This document shows, piece by piece, positions 11,153 to 24,692 of a stretch of DNA of 64,000 bases; position 1 is the first letter of the stretch, and every line of letters starts with the position of its first letter. The stretch comes from Macrostomum hystrix (Eukaryota; Animalia; Platyhelminthes). The stretch is taken from the NCBI GenBank assembly GCA_950097015.1, contig CATNEN010000011.1, forward strand, positions 5,270,001-5,334,000. The letters are read 5' to 3'. The notes under the pieces are model-generated. The model was not told where the DNA came from. It made no database searches and saw nothing but the letters and a program-made list of their open reading frames with translations. The position numbers were made by a program, and so were the translations under genes.

Positions 11153-12078
11153 CGATCCTCAGCCTAATCGATCGATAAATATAAACTGGATCGTGGCGCC
11201 GGGGGCCAGACAGAGGGTGTAACAGTACTGTCAGACTCGGATCAATTTTCGGCCTGCAAGCAATGCATGTGAGATGCAACAGACAGGAAAGCAGAAGACA
11301 AAATAGCAGTGAATGAACACCAAGATTCTGTTTTGTATATATTTGTTTAAATGACACGAAAAATGACAGAATGTATGTTTATAAAAGAAATTGTCAGTTG
11401 TCAATCAGCTGCGCATTGTACAGAACTATTGCAAAGTTATCTTTCTCCTCTTTCGGTTATACCACTCAGCATTGTGTTTTATGTTACCTGATTTCGTTTT
11501 GAGAAAAAGTATATCAAAGAATATTCTAAGCATCAGAAACAGGACTCAAACAATCTGTAGGCATCCAAGATTGAAATAAACTGAGTTGCGTGTACTACTC
11601 GTCATGATATAATAGCAGTAGTATAAAGGAACCGAGAAAATAGTACAAATATTTTGTAGTTTGCAATCGTGACTACAATAAGCCGAGATGCACACAGCTT
11701 AGAGAATTTACAAAAGTTCGAATGGCACAAAATCTATATTTTGGACTTTGGCTTATGATCTGATTTTTCAAGTTCGTTAAAATTCATTAAAAAGGACAGG
11801 TTTCTTATAAAATTTGATTACAATCATGCTTTTCAGTTTGAACGGTCGCAAAAAGCGTTAGTCAAACACAGCCATACACAACAAACCTTACAATACGGCT
11901 GAGAAGCTCTAACATGCGTACTATAAGTAGGCAACTTAGGAATTTTATCGATTGAAATTACGATCATATAATTCCTGCTATTTTCGATTGCATATTCAAA
12001 TGAGCCTACTGACAAGTAGACATGTAAGAAAAAAGCCTATAAAACACCCCATAAAGGGCGAGAAATAAAAACACGCTG

Positions 12079-12327
12079 TCAGAGCAGACCGCAGGTGTAA
12101 TTTGACGCCTCCAAATCTGTGGAGCTGTCATCGCAGCTGTCGCAATCTGACGAATCTGCGCCAAAGTGTCGCCGAACATCGTCGTCGCATCGACGCTCTC
12201 GCCCGGACGCGAAGCCGACGCCGCCGCTGGAGAAGGAAGCGCCGGCTGCGCCACCGTCAGCGTTGCCACCTCGATGCCGCCTGTGCCGCCGAGTTTTGCA
12301 GCAGGCGGAGCAGCAGGAGGTGCCGCG

Positions 12328-12363
<36 letters not shown>

Positions 12364-15300
12364 CCTAGCCAGCGCAGCCCACACCGACGCCGGCTCCGAC
12401 AGGTGAGCTTTTCGATAATCGCCAGATCGATGAAATCGAACCAGCGCCGACATGCCCGGCCGATTTGCTGCGGCTTCGCGGAAAGTTTGCGGCGTCCGAT
12501 CCGACCAGTCAAGCGCGAACTCGGAGCTGCCGTGATCCAGCAGCAGGTCAGTTGACAGGCCCGACTGTGGCGCGGATGTTGCCGCTGGCTGCTGAGGAAG
12601 CGGCGACATTGACGGCCTGGAGGCAGCCAGATCATCTTCGTCGTTGTCAAGCCGCTGCTCGGCAGCGCAGGCAAAAGCGTAGCACAGGGCAGTGCGGCCG
12701 AACTGGGGAGTCGGTTGAAGACAATTTTCAATACATATCGGGTAGATTCTTTATTGACTTATCGAATCAGACATTTTCCGAGATTTTGTATTTCCAGTTT
12801 AAGTCGTTAAATTTAGGAGCTAGCTACTTGGTTTAGAAAGCTCAAACACGGGGCAGCCGAACTCACATTGTCGCGAATCGAGTCCAACCTAATTCCCATG
12901 CCATGCCGCAGGACTTCACACAGGTGTCCAACTATTCTGGCGTCGCGATTCAGCACCGCCTTGTGCAACGGTGGCTGACCGTCGGCCTAATTAAAAATTC
13001 AGCAAAATTATCTTGAACTCTCATTGTCTAAATTGAACTAAATTGTCTAGTCTCTGAACTCGCACCTGGACTGTCTAGTCGCTGAGCTCTCACCTGGACT
13101 GTCTAGTCTCTGAACTCCCACCTGGACTGTCTAGTCTCTGAACTCCCACCTGGACTGTCTAGTCTCTGAACTCCCACCTGGACTGTCTAGTCGCTGAGCT
13201 CTCACCTGGACTGTCTAGTCGCTGAGCTCTCACCTGGACTGTCTAGTCTCTGAACTCTCACCTGGACTGTCTAGTCTCTGAACTCTCACCTGGACTGTCT
13301 AGTCTCTGAACTCTCACCTGGACTGTCTAGTCTCTGAAGTCCCACCTGGACTGTCTAGTCTCTGAACTCTCACCTGGACTGTCTAGTCTCTGAACTCTCA
13401 CCTGGACTGTCTAGTCTCTGAAGTCCCACCTGGACTGTCTAGTCTCTGAACTCTCACCTGGACTGTCTAGTCTCTGAACTCTCACCTGGACTGTCTAGTC
13501 TCTGAACTCTCACCTGGACTGTCTAGTCTCTGAACTCTCACCTGGACTGTCTAGTCTCTGAACTCTCACCTGGACTGTCTAGTCTCTGAACTCTCACCTG
13601 GACTGTCTAGTCTCTGAAGTCCCACCTGGACTGTCTAGTCTCTGAACTCTCACCTGGACTGTCTAGTCTCTGAACTCTCACCTGGACTGTCTAGTCTCTG
13701 AAGTCCCACCTGGACTGTCTAGTCTCTGAACTCTCACCTGGACTGTCTAGTCTCTGAACTCCCACCTGGACTGTCTAGTCTCTGAACTCCCACCTGGACT
13801 GTCTAGTCTCTGAACTCTCACCTGGACTGTCTAGTCTCTGAACTATCACCTGGACTGTCTAGTCTCTGAACTCCCACCTGGACTGTCTAGTCTCTGAACT
13901 CTCACCTGGACTGTCTAGTCTCTGAACTCCCACCTGGACTGTCTAGTCTCTGAACTCCCACCTGGACTGTCTAGTCTCTGAACTCCCACCTGGACTGTCT
14001 AGTCTCTGAACTCTCACCTGGACTGTCTAGTCTCTGAACTCTCACCTGGACTGTCTAGTCTCTGAACTCCCACCTGGACTGTCTAGTCTCTGAACTCTCA
14101 CCTGGACTGTCTAGTCTCTGAACTCCCACCTGGACTGTCTAGTCTCTGAACTCCCACCTGGACTGTCTAGTCTCTGAACTCCCACCTGGACTGTCTAGTC
14201 TCTGAACTCCCACCTGGACTGTCTAGTCTCTGAACTCTCACCTGGACTGTCTAGTCTCTGAACTCTCACCTGGACTGTCTAGTCTCTGAACTCCCACCTG
14301 GACTGTCTAGTCTCTGAACTCCCACCTGGACTGTCTAGTCTCTGAACTCCCACCTGGACTGTCTAGTCTCTGAACTCTCACCTGGACTGTCTAGTCTCTG
14401 AACTCCCACCTGGACTGTCTAGTCTCTGAACTATCACCTGGACTGTCTAGTCTCTTAACTCCCACCTGGATTGTCTAGTCTCTGAAGTCTCATTACTAAA
14501 TTGTCTAGTCTCTGAACTTCATTATCTGAACTTCAACTTTGACTGCAAAAATAGCATTGCGAACACAATAATCTACTCAAGCTCACCAGATTTCTGCAGT
14601 TAGCTACGCAGCACTTGAAGTCCAGTGGCGCGAATTCAAAACTGGTCAGAAACTGCACAGCTTCGTAGTCACCTAGCTCAACTGCACACACAAACCTGTA
14701 GGTGTGCCGCTTAGACAAGCAGACAGGTCATGGGTGGCTGGTTGCAAGCATTCTGAACTGGTAAGTAATTATCCTACGACCTGTACATGTAGCTACGAGC
14801 TACATTCCTGATTTGCCTATCAACATCCTGATTTATCTATCTATTCTCCTGATTTGTCTATCTACCCTCCTGATTCGTCTATCTACCCTTCTGATTCATC
14901 TATTCACCCTCCTGATTCATCTATCTACCCTCCTGATTCATCTTTCTACCCTCCTGACTCATCTATCTACCCTCCTGATTCATCTATCTACCCTCCTGAT
15001 TCATCTATCTACCCTCCTGATTCATCTATCTACCCTCCTGATTCATCTATCTACCCTCCTGATTCGTCTTTCTACCCTCCTGATTCATCTTTCTACCCTC
15101 CTGATTCATCTATCTACCCTCCTGATTCATCTTTATACCCTCCTGATTCATCTATCTACCCTCCTGATTCATCTATCTACCCTCCTGATTCGTCTATCTA
15201 CCCTCCTGATTCGTCTATCTACCCTCCTGATTCGTCTATCTACCCTCCTGATTCATCTATCTACCCTCCTGATTCATCTATCTACCCTCCTGATTCGTCT

Positions 15301-18300
15301 ATCTACCCTTCTGATTCATCTATTCACCCTCCTGATTCATCTATCTACCCTCCTGATTCATCTATCTACCCTCCTGATTCATCTATCTACCCTCCTGATT
15401 CATCTATCTACCCTCCTGATTCATCTATCTACCCTCCTGATTCATCTATCTACCCTCCTGATTCGTCTTTCTACCCTCCTGATTCATCTTTCTACCCTCC
15501 TGATTCATCTATCTACCCTCCTGATTCATCTTTATACCCTCCTGATTCATCTATTTACCCTCCTGATTCATCTATCTACCCTCCTGATTCATCTATCTAC
15601 CCTTCTGATTCATCTATCTACCCTCCTGGTTCATCCATCTACCCTCCTGATTCATCTATCTACCCTCCTGGTTCATCCATCTACCCTCCTGATTCATCTA
15701 TCTACCCTTCTGATTCATCTATCTAACCTTCTGATTCATCTATCTACCCTCCTGATTCATCTATCTACACTCCTGATTCATCTATCTACCCTCCTGGTTC
15801 ATCTATCTACCCTCCTAATTAGTTCTTCATCTCACCTCCAACCGGGTGGCACACTCCACCAGCTGTGGTGACAGCATTTCACGTGGCTAAAAAATGAAAC
15901 AACCATGGTTAGTTTTTTTTGAAATTCGAAACTTGACTAGTCAACGAAAGTTACTTCTACGCTGGTAGAGCAAGCCTCACAACAATATCCCATGCCATGT
16001 CAAATCCGCGAAGTATATAATCCAGAATTTCTTCAGTCTTGTTGGGATCAAATGTATCGAGCTTGTGCTGAAAGTAGTTTTAGCGCAATTGAGTGAGTCG
16101 GTGAGTTACAGAATGAGTCTGTGAGTTACAGAATGAGTCAGTGAGTTACAGAATGAGTCAGTGAGTTACAGAATGAGTCAGTGAGTTACAGAGTGAGTCA
16201 GTGAGTTACAGAATGAGTCAGTGAGTTACAGAGTGAGTCAGTGAGTTACAGAATGAGTCAGTGAGTTACAGAATGAGTCAGTGAGTTACAGAGTGTGTCT
16301 GCAGTGAGTTACAGAATGAGTCAGTGAGTTACAGAATGAGTCAGTGAGTTACAGAGTGAGTCAGTGAGTTACAGAATGAGTCAGTGAGTTACAGAATGAG
16401 TCAGTGAGTTACAGAATGAGTCAGTGAGTTACAGAGTGAGTCAGTGAGTTACAGAATGAGTCAGTGAGTTACAGAGTGAGTCAGTGAGTTACAGAATGAG
16501 TCAGTGAGTTACAGAGTGCGTCTGCAGTGAGTTACAGAATGAGTCAGTGAGTTACAGAATGAGTCAGTGAGTTACAGAGTGAGTCAGTGAGTTACAGAAT
16601 GAGTTAGTGAGTTACAGAGTGAGTCAGTGAGTTACAGAATGAGTCAGTGAGTTACAGAATGAGTCAGTGAGTTACAGAGTGAGTCAGTGAGTTACAGAAT
16701 GAGTCAGTGAGTTACAGAATGAGTCAGTTAGTTACAGAATGAGTCAGTGAGTTACAGAGTGAGTCAGTGAGTTACAGATTGAGTCAGTGAGTTACAGAGT
16801 GAGTCAGTGAGTTATAGAATGAGTCAGTGAGTTACAGAATGAGTCAGTGAGTTACAGAGTGTGTCTGCAGTGAGTTACAGAGTGAGTCAGTGAGTTACAG
16901 AATGAGTCAGTGAGTTACAGAGTGAGTCAGTGAGTTACAGAGTGAGTCAGTGAGTTACAGAATGAGTCAGTGAGTTACAGAATGAGTCAGTGAGTTACAG
17001 AGTGAGTCAGTGAGTTACAGAGTGTGTCTGCAGTGAGTTACAGAATGAGTCAGTGAGTTACAGAATGAGTCAGTTAGTTACAGAATGAGTCAGTGAGTTA
17101 CAGAGTGAGTCAGTGAGTTACAGATTGAGTCAGTGAGTTACAGAGTGAGTCAGTGAGTTACAGAATGAGTCAGTGAGTTACAGAATGAGTCAGTGAGTTA
17201 CAGAGTGTGTCTGCAGTGAGTTACAGAGTGAGTCAGTGAGTTACAGAATGAGTCAGTGAGTTACAGAGTGAGTCAGTGAGTTACAGAGTGAGTCAGTGAG
17301 TTACAGAATGAGTCAGTGAGTTACAGAATGAGTCAGTGAGTTACAGAATGAGTCAGTGAGTTACAGAGTGTGTCTGCAGTGAGTTACAGAATGAGTCAGT
17401 GAGTTACAGAATGAGTCAGTGAGTTACAGAGTGAGTCAGTGAGTTACAGAATGAGTCAGTGAGTTACAGAATGAGTCAGTGAGTTACAGAATGAGTCAGT
17501 GAGTTACAGAGTGAGTCAGTGAGTTACAGAATGAGTCAGTGAGTTACAGAGTGAGTCAGTGAGTTACAGAATGAGTCAGTGAGTTACAGAGTGCGTCTGC
17601 AGTGAGTTACAGAATGAGTCAGTGAGTTACAGAATGAGTCAGTGAGTTACAGAGTGAGTCAGTGAGTTACAGAATGAGTCAGTGAGTTACAGAGTGAGTC
17701 AGTGAGTTACAGAATGAGTCAGTGAGTTACAGAATGAGTCAGTGAGTTACAGAGTGAGTCAGTGAGTTACAGAATGAGTCAGTGAGTTACAGAATGAGTC
17801 AGTTAGTTACAGAATGAGTCAGTGAGTTACAGAGTGAGTCAGTGAGTTACAGATTGAGTCAGTGAGTTACAGAGTGAGTCAGTGAGTTACAGAATGAGTC
17901 AGTGAGTTACAGAATGAGTCAGTGAGTTACAGAGTGTGTCTGCAGTGAGTTACAGAGTGAGTCAGTGAGTTACAGAATGAGTCAGTGAGTTACAGAGTGA
18001 GTCAGTGAGTTACAGAGTGAGTCAGTGAGTTACAGAATGAGTCAGTGAGTTACAGAATGAGTCAGTGAGTTACAGAGTGAGTCAGTGAGTTACAGAATGA
18101 GTCAGTGAGTTACAGAATGAGTCAGTGAGTTACAGAGTGAGTCAGTGAGTTACAGAGTGAGTCAGTGAGTTACAGAATGAGTCAGTGAGTTACAGAATGA
18201 GTCAGTGAGTTACAGAGTGTGTCTGCAGTGAGTTACAGAGTGAGTCAGTGAGTTACAGAGTGAGTCAGTGAGTTACAGAATGAGTCAGTGAGTTACAGAG

Positions 18301-21300
18301 TGAGTCAGTGAGTTACAGAATGAGTCAGTGAGTTACAGAATGAGTCAGTGAGTTACAGAGTGAGTCAGTGAGTTACAGAATGAGTCAGTGAGTTACAGAA
18401 TGAGTCAGTGAGTTACAGAGTGTGTCTGCAGTGAGTTACAGAATGAGTCAGTGAGTTACAGAATGAGTCAGTGAGTTACAGAGTGAGTCAGTGAGTTACA
18501 GAATGAGTCAGTGAGTTACAGAATGAGTCAGTGAGTTACAGAGTGTGTCTGCAGTGAGTTACAGAATGAGTCAGTGAGTTACAGAATGAGTCAGTGAGTT
18601 ACAGAATGAGTCAGTGAGTTACAGAATGAGTCAGTGAGTTACAGAGTGAGTCAGTGAGTTACAGAATGAGTCAGTGAGTTACAGAGTGAGTCAGTGAGTT
18701 ACAGAATGAGTCAGTGAGTTACAGAATGAGTCAGTGAGTTACAGAGTGTGTCTGCAGTGAGTTACAGAGTGAGTCAGTGAGTTACAGAGTGAGTCAGTGA
18801 GTTACAGAATGAGTCAGTGAGTTACAGAATGAGTCAGTGAGTTACAGAGTGTGTCTGCAGTGAGTTACAGAGTGAGTCAGTGAGTTACAGAATGAGTCAG
18901 TGAGTTACAGAGTGAGTCAGTGAGTCATTACAGAATGAGTCAGTGAGTTACAGAATGAGTCAGTGAGTTACAGAGTGAGTCAGTGAGTTACAGAATGAGT
19001 CAGTGAGTTACAGAATGAGTCAGTGAGTTACAGAGTGAGTCAGTGAGTTACAGAATGAGTCAGTGAGTTACAGATCGAGTCAGTGAGTTACAGAATGAGT
19101 CAGTGAGTTACAGAATGAGTCAGTGAGTTACAGAGTGAGTCAGTGAGTTACAGAATGAGTCAGTGAGTTACAGAGTGAGTCAGTGAGTTACAGAATGAGT
19201 CAGTGAGTTACAGATTGAGTCAGTGAGTTACAGAGTGAGTCAGTGAGTTACAGAGTGAGTCAGTGAGTCACACTGTGAATGAGAAAGCTCATTTACCTGT
19301 ATCATTTGTGCTCTTAGCTGACGCTTTGCTATATCCAGAAAAGTAAGATTCTTCTATAAGGCGGCAAAATCGCAGAGGGTGATTTTGAATTTCTCAATAA
19401 ATCAGTTGATCAGGTCATGGTATAGTTACCTGGTTTCTGGCGCAGAGAACACCAGCGGTAGCATAATCTAGGAGAATTTTCAGCCGTTCAATTGTCAAGC
19501 CGGACATGACAGCCCAGTGAAGCAACCAGCTGTCTCTGTAGTGCATTCTGTCTAGAAGGCCTGACTGGGTAGACTCGGTGACAGCGCGAGAGAGCAATTG
19601 GCGCAGCAGGTCAAGTGGCAGGTCCCATGAGATCACATAGAATAGCAGGGGCATCTCGCTCTAATTTTGAGTTTTTTAGTTTGTCGTTAATATAAATCTT
19701 AGCTGCAGCGGCAATGAAACTGGAGAAGTAGATGCTGAGGAATCGTTGATATGGAATCCAAGCTACATCAAATGAAGATGCGAGGAGAAAGTAGAAAAAT
19801 TCCGCGGAATCGTAGCGAAACCAAAAGGTGTTGTAGAATCGACGCTCTGCAGTGTAGATGCTATGGAATCGAAGCTAGATCGGTGGAAGATGCTATGGAA
19901 TCGAAGCTAGATCGGTGGAAGATGCTATGGAATCGAAGCAAGATCGGTGGAAGATGCTATGGAATCGAAGCAAGATCGGTGGGAGATGCTATGGAATCGA
20001 AGCTAGATTGGTGGAAGATGCATTGGAATCGAAGCTAGATCGGTGGAAGATGCTATGGAATCGAAGCTAGATCGGTATAAGATGCTATGGAATCGAAGCT
20101 AGATCGATGAAAGATGCTATGGAATCGAAGCTAGATCGGTGAACAATACTATGGAATCGAAGCTAGATCGGTGGAAGATGCTATGGAATCGAAGCTACAT
20201 CGGTGAACAATACTATGGAATCGAAGCTAGATCGGTGAACAATACTATGGAATCGAAGCTAGATCGGTGAAAGATGCTATGGAATCGAGGCTAGATCCGT
20301 GGAAGATGCTATGGAATCGAAGCTAGATCGGTGGAAGATGCTATGGAATCGAAGCTAGATCGATGAAAGATACTATGGAATCGAAGCTAGATCGGTGGAA
20401 GATGCTATGGAATCGAAGCTAGATAGGCGGGTGATGCCATGGAATCGAAGCAATATAGGTGGAAGATGCTATGGAATCGAAGCTAGATAGGCGGATGATG
20501 CCATGGAATCGAAGCAATATAGGTGGAAGAAGCTATGGAATCGAAGCTAGATAGGCCGATGATGCCATGGAATCGAAGCAATATAGGTGGAAGAAGCTAT
20601 GGAATCGAAGGTGGATTGGCTGACAGTTTGTAGTGAATTTGAAACTATTATAATGAAAAAACTGATTAAATAAAAGCAGAAGTTTGAGTCAGCAAGCCAT
20701 TGGATCGGATAGTTGTTGTCCAGCGCACAAACCTGATCAGGCAGCACCAAAGGCGCATCGAGTCGAGCGCCCTTATCCAGCAGCAAAGTCACCAATGCGA
20801 GCTGCCTGTGCCGAATGGCGAAGAGCAGGGCTGTGGCGCGGGCATGCCGCTGAAGATCAATTCGATAAAAAAAATTGCATGCTTTTTCCTCTATATTTAA
20901 TAACAAGCAAACAAAATTAATACTGCACACTACCATGTTTGGAAAGTTGACGTCAATATCGGAATATTTGTCCAATAGAAGCTTGACATCTCCAGGGCGA
21001 TTTTCGACTACTGCGTTAACAAATCTCTGAAATAAATTCAGCAGCTATTTAATAATAGGAGAGAGTTAATCAGTTATTTCTGGCGTAAATGATGGATTTA
21101 GCTCATCAGACTTGAGGCTGGAAGGAATACTGGCGGAGTGTGTACATTGGGGTAGAGGGTGGAAGGCGTGCCAGCGGAGTGTGTACATTGGGGTAGAGGC
21201 TGGAAGACTTGCCAGCGGAGTGTGTACATTGGGGTAGAGGCTGGAAGACTTGTCAGCGGAGTGTGTACATTGGGGTGGAGGGTGGAAGGATTACTGGCGG

Positions 21301-21818
21301 AGTGTGTACATTGGGGTAGAGGGTGGAAGGATTGCTGGCGGAGTGTGTACATTGGGGTAGAGGGTGGAAGGCTTGCTGGGGGAGTGTGTATATATCTTTT
21401 AGAAACAGCTTTTATAAACTTACTAAAGTAGATTCCATTTTCAAAACGAGTGTAATGATTCGTTCTGTACCACGTGACAGAGCTAAATTTTTCAGTGTTA
21501 TGTCACCCTGAAAAGTAGAGTTAGTTAAATGTAGAACATTTTTTCAAGACTTCAAAAGAGAAAAATCTACAAATAAATATATTGACTCACTTTTTCAATG
21601 TCCACTCGACACCATTGATTAATGAGCTGGCGGACAGTGGACAAATTATCTGATTCCACAGCTGACCACATGTCACTGTGCATATCAGCTGTTTGCAGGT
21701 CCTCTGGACATATACATACAAATACAAGTTTTTTTATGTTGAATAAATGAGGACATTAGATACTAAATAAAAAACTATTCAAAATCTCACCTGGGATGCT
21801 AGGCTGCATCAGTTCCAT
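12079..21818 (-). CDS. Ankyrin-repeat protein, ~575 aa, 12 coding exons
   Basis: Phase-consistent GT-AG exons 21791-21818, 21591-21703, 21424-21507, 20934-21026, 20733-20849, 19430-19660, 19297-19353, 15981-16067, 15836-15886, 14587-14709, 12867-12986, 12079-12702; ANK motifs TALLFAIRHRQLALVTLLLDKGA, DGQPPLHKAV, RDNFGRTALCYA, LLLDHGS..ALDWSDRTP; extra 5' exons possible. Confidence 0.8.
13050..14520. repeat. 28-bp intronic minisatellite (ctgtctagtctctgaactctcacctgga), ~50 copies
   Basis: Period 28 direct repetition. Confidence 0.98.
14820..15815. repeat. 21-bp intronic minisatellite (tctatctaccctcctgattca)
   Basis: Direct repetition; explains the PDSSIYP ORFs. Confidence 0.98.
16090..19270. 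repeat. 20-bp intronic satellite (gagtcagtgagttacagaat), ~3.2 kb, with longer gtgtctgca variants
   Basis: Direct repetition. Confidence 0.98.
19750..20610. repeat. 32-bp intronic minisatellite (atggaatcgaagctagatcggtggaagatgct)
   Basis: Direct repetition. Confidence 0.96.
21115..21390. repeat. 41-bp intronic minisatellite (gaaggaatactggcggagtgtgtacattggggtagagggtg)
   Basis: About 6 direct copies. Confidence 0.95.
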
Positions 21819-24692
21819 TGTAGCTAGCCTAGCTTTTTATCTATTTAAGTCAGCTGGGCTTAAAGGTAAAAATGTCATAATAAATAATATAAAGTAGGCC
21901 CAGGCATGTTCAAACTAAATCTCAACAACTTAAAGAACTATTCCAGTTCTAATCTCAATCTCAAATGTGAGATAAGCTTTTGATATAAAAACAAATATAT
22001 AAAGTAAAATTTTAAATTATTGCTATGTCTAAAGACTTTCTGTACCCACTCTAATACTGAATAAATCATTATTTTAACCTAATGCAGGTCAAGCAAGCTG
22101 GGATATTGCTTAGGTCTTCCAAGCAACATTATGTTATAAATTTGAAGCTGTTTTATAGTTACATGATGTTTTTAGCTGAAGCCTTAAAAGTAAATGAATT
22201 GACATTTTAATTGCTTTAAAAAATGAAGCCCTTTATCATCTGATCCAAGATCATCTGAAATATGACAACTCAGGTATCTAACTAGTCTATGATTCCATTC
22301 AATCGTATTACTATTGCTAACTAATTGATTTATCAAATCGAACTAAACGTCGAAAATGCAAACGTTTAGACTCAATAAGCTCACAATGAAAAATGCAGCA
22401 CACAAAAGTGAGAAACAAACATTACATGTAAATATATATTAGTCAATTTTAGTAAAAAGGTCGTGCTTAGATTACATTAAGCCAATATGTCTTAAGTGGA
22501 CATAAAATAAAAATAGAAATTAAAAACAATAAAAACGTCTTGATGAATGTGTGCACAGCAGAGAGAAAAATCATTTTCAAAATACGATCCTTAAATTACC
22601 GCCCATTACTATCGTTGCACGCACTTGTCACGTAGAATGATCGTTACCACAAAAGTTATTGCAAAACCCGCTCGCGAAAATATTGGAAGGAATTCAATAT
22701 TAATGCAGACACATGATGTCACACTATGGCCTCAAAAGTTGCTGCTAGATGCTTTTGAAAAGCGTGTTTGTTTGTCCGACCTTGGACTGTTTGATAGGCT
22801 GATGCAGCTCGCAGAAATGACGCGTTACAACAGATAATCATGCTACATGGCGCCTCGGCAGCCATTCTAATTAGGGATTGTAGAATAGGAATAGCCCTTT
22901 ACTAGGTGCTATAGTTGTTTGAGTATTCTTGCTTGAATTAATATTACCTATATGTAGGACCATCTCTCTGCAGGAAGTACTGTAGGATACTTTATCTACA
23001 GATTACAATATCATCGTAGGAAGTTACACGTGCATCTCAACATGATGCAGCACTAAACCTACTGCTGCCGAAATAATGCAGCCAATCGGAAATTAGAATT
23101 CAACTTATACTCGATCAGCTTTGATATCAAGAATACAAATTTAATTTCGTCAGTAAGCATGCATGCAACAAGACAAAGCATCAAATAAAGCTTTGTCTGC
23201 CTGTCATAAGATAAATCGGCAACTATAATTCTGGTAGTCCAGCCTTGCAGCATTGCTTAAAGAGCCTGTTAGGCATGTGTGGCGCGAATTTCGTTCTTTT
23301 ATGCGCTAAAAAGCACATTCTAGAGAGGTTTCAGCCCCATAAGAACCAGGGATCACTAATTAAGGAGTAAGTGGGAGTCCACTCCTAGTGGTCCGTGAAA
23401 AAAACTCGGCGTCACCGGGAGGTAATTTATGCGATATAAAAATAATCTGGTTGTACTCAGATAAAGTTAGGAGAACAAAAACTTAATATTTTCTTATTTT
23501 TATCTAGAGATTTTTATCATGCACATATTCAATAAACGTGTAACAAAGTAGTAACTATTTGTTTGATACGATTTTTTCCACGAAAATAGTTTCAAATAGG
23601 AGAATTGCGAGAACGTTGAAGTCGGTATCACGGCGTGTGACGTGCTTAAAAACTGTTGAATAGGAATCAGTCAGTGCTGTTTATTGAATTTCATATTCGT
23701 AACACCCTGAGAAAATCTATATACGTTATAATCAGAAAAGTAATAGCGATAATTTTTATTAATCTCTCCACCTTGTGATTTTTTCTCAAGGATCCGTACA
23801 TTTCCTGTAAAGAAGGAAGCAGGATTTTTTTTATTGTGGCAATTTTTAGAATAGCTACTAGCTAGTACTATTGCATAGCATCTAGTACATCAATGGAGGG
23901 CCTGGTGAGTTGCACTGAGTCTTAGTTACCATTATCAATGAGGCTTACAAGCTCTTGGTGGATAAGGCTTGACCTTAAGGGGGTTGTTGGCCTATAGCTT
24001 GACCTTGAGTGTATTTGTCTGCAAGCAGATTAGTTGACTTATTTGTAGGCCAGTGAAATTCATAAGCAGACCATACAGACGAATTTGAAAATTAGAAAAC
24101 ATTTTTATTAGTATCATGCCCATAGTCAGGATTACAAAAATTTCCCATTTTTTAATTAGGCCCTATATGCCATTAACTACCCATTGTAGCCATGTCATAA
24201 CTACTCCTAAAATAGTCACTAAAGATTATGTCAATGTACCAACTAAAATAAAACAAAATAAAAAATGAAATTAACCAAGGCAAATTTTAAAGTAAACAAC
24301 TTATTAGGTAACATGTATAATAATTTTTATACAGATTTTTAAAAAAAATATAACATAAATTTTATATTGCCTAATAATCATATGCTTAAAATATGGTGCA
24401 CTTTTTTAAAAAACAATACTCATTCATTTTATTGAAGTAAGATAAGTTCACTTACAACCAGTGGATATAGCTTTATTGTATGTCTATACACACCTGGTCA
24501 ACACTGGTTTGCAGGCCAAGCTAGCTTGCTAGCTAGCTTCCTAGCTTAATAAAGTAGCCAGTTGCTTAGTATTAGCTACAACTTAGCTACAAATCATTAC
24601 TATCATCAATAAAACTTTGTTTTGTAAAAATCATTGCAAATCTATAGGCTTTTAGCTATTAGCTATTAGCTATTAATTTTTTTTTATTTTAG

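Noticed and set aside
12102-12836. Plus-strand Arg/Pro/Ala-rich ORFs
   Set aside because: Antisense shadows of the GC-rich last exon of the ankyrin gene
13050-14520. CRISPR-like appearance of the 28-44 bp arrays
   Set aside because: Head-to-tail units with no unique spacers, no cas genes, eukaryotic context
22080-22280. Short plus-strand AG...GT segments as possible NRDC first exons
   Set aside because: No supported ATG or homology; could not be joined with confidence
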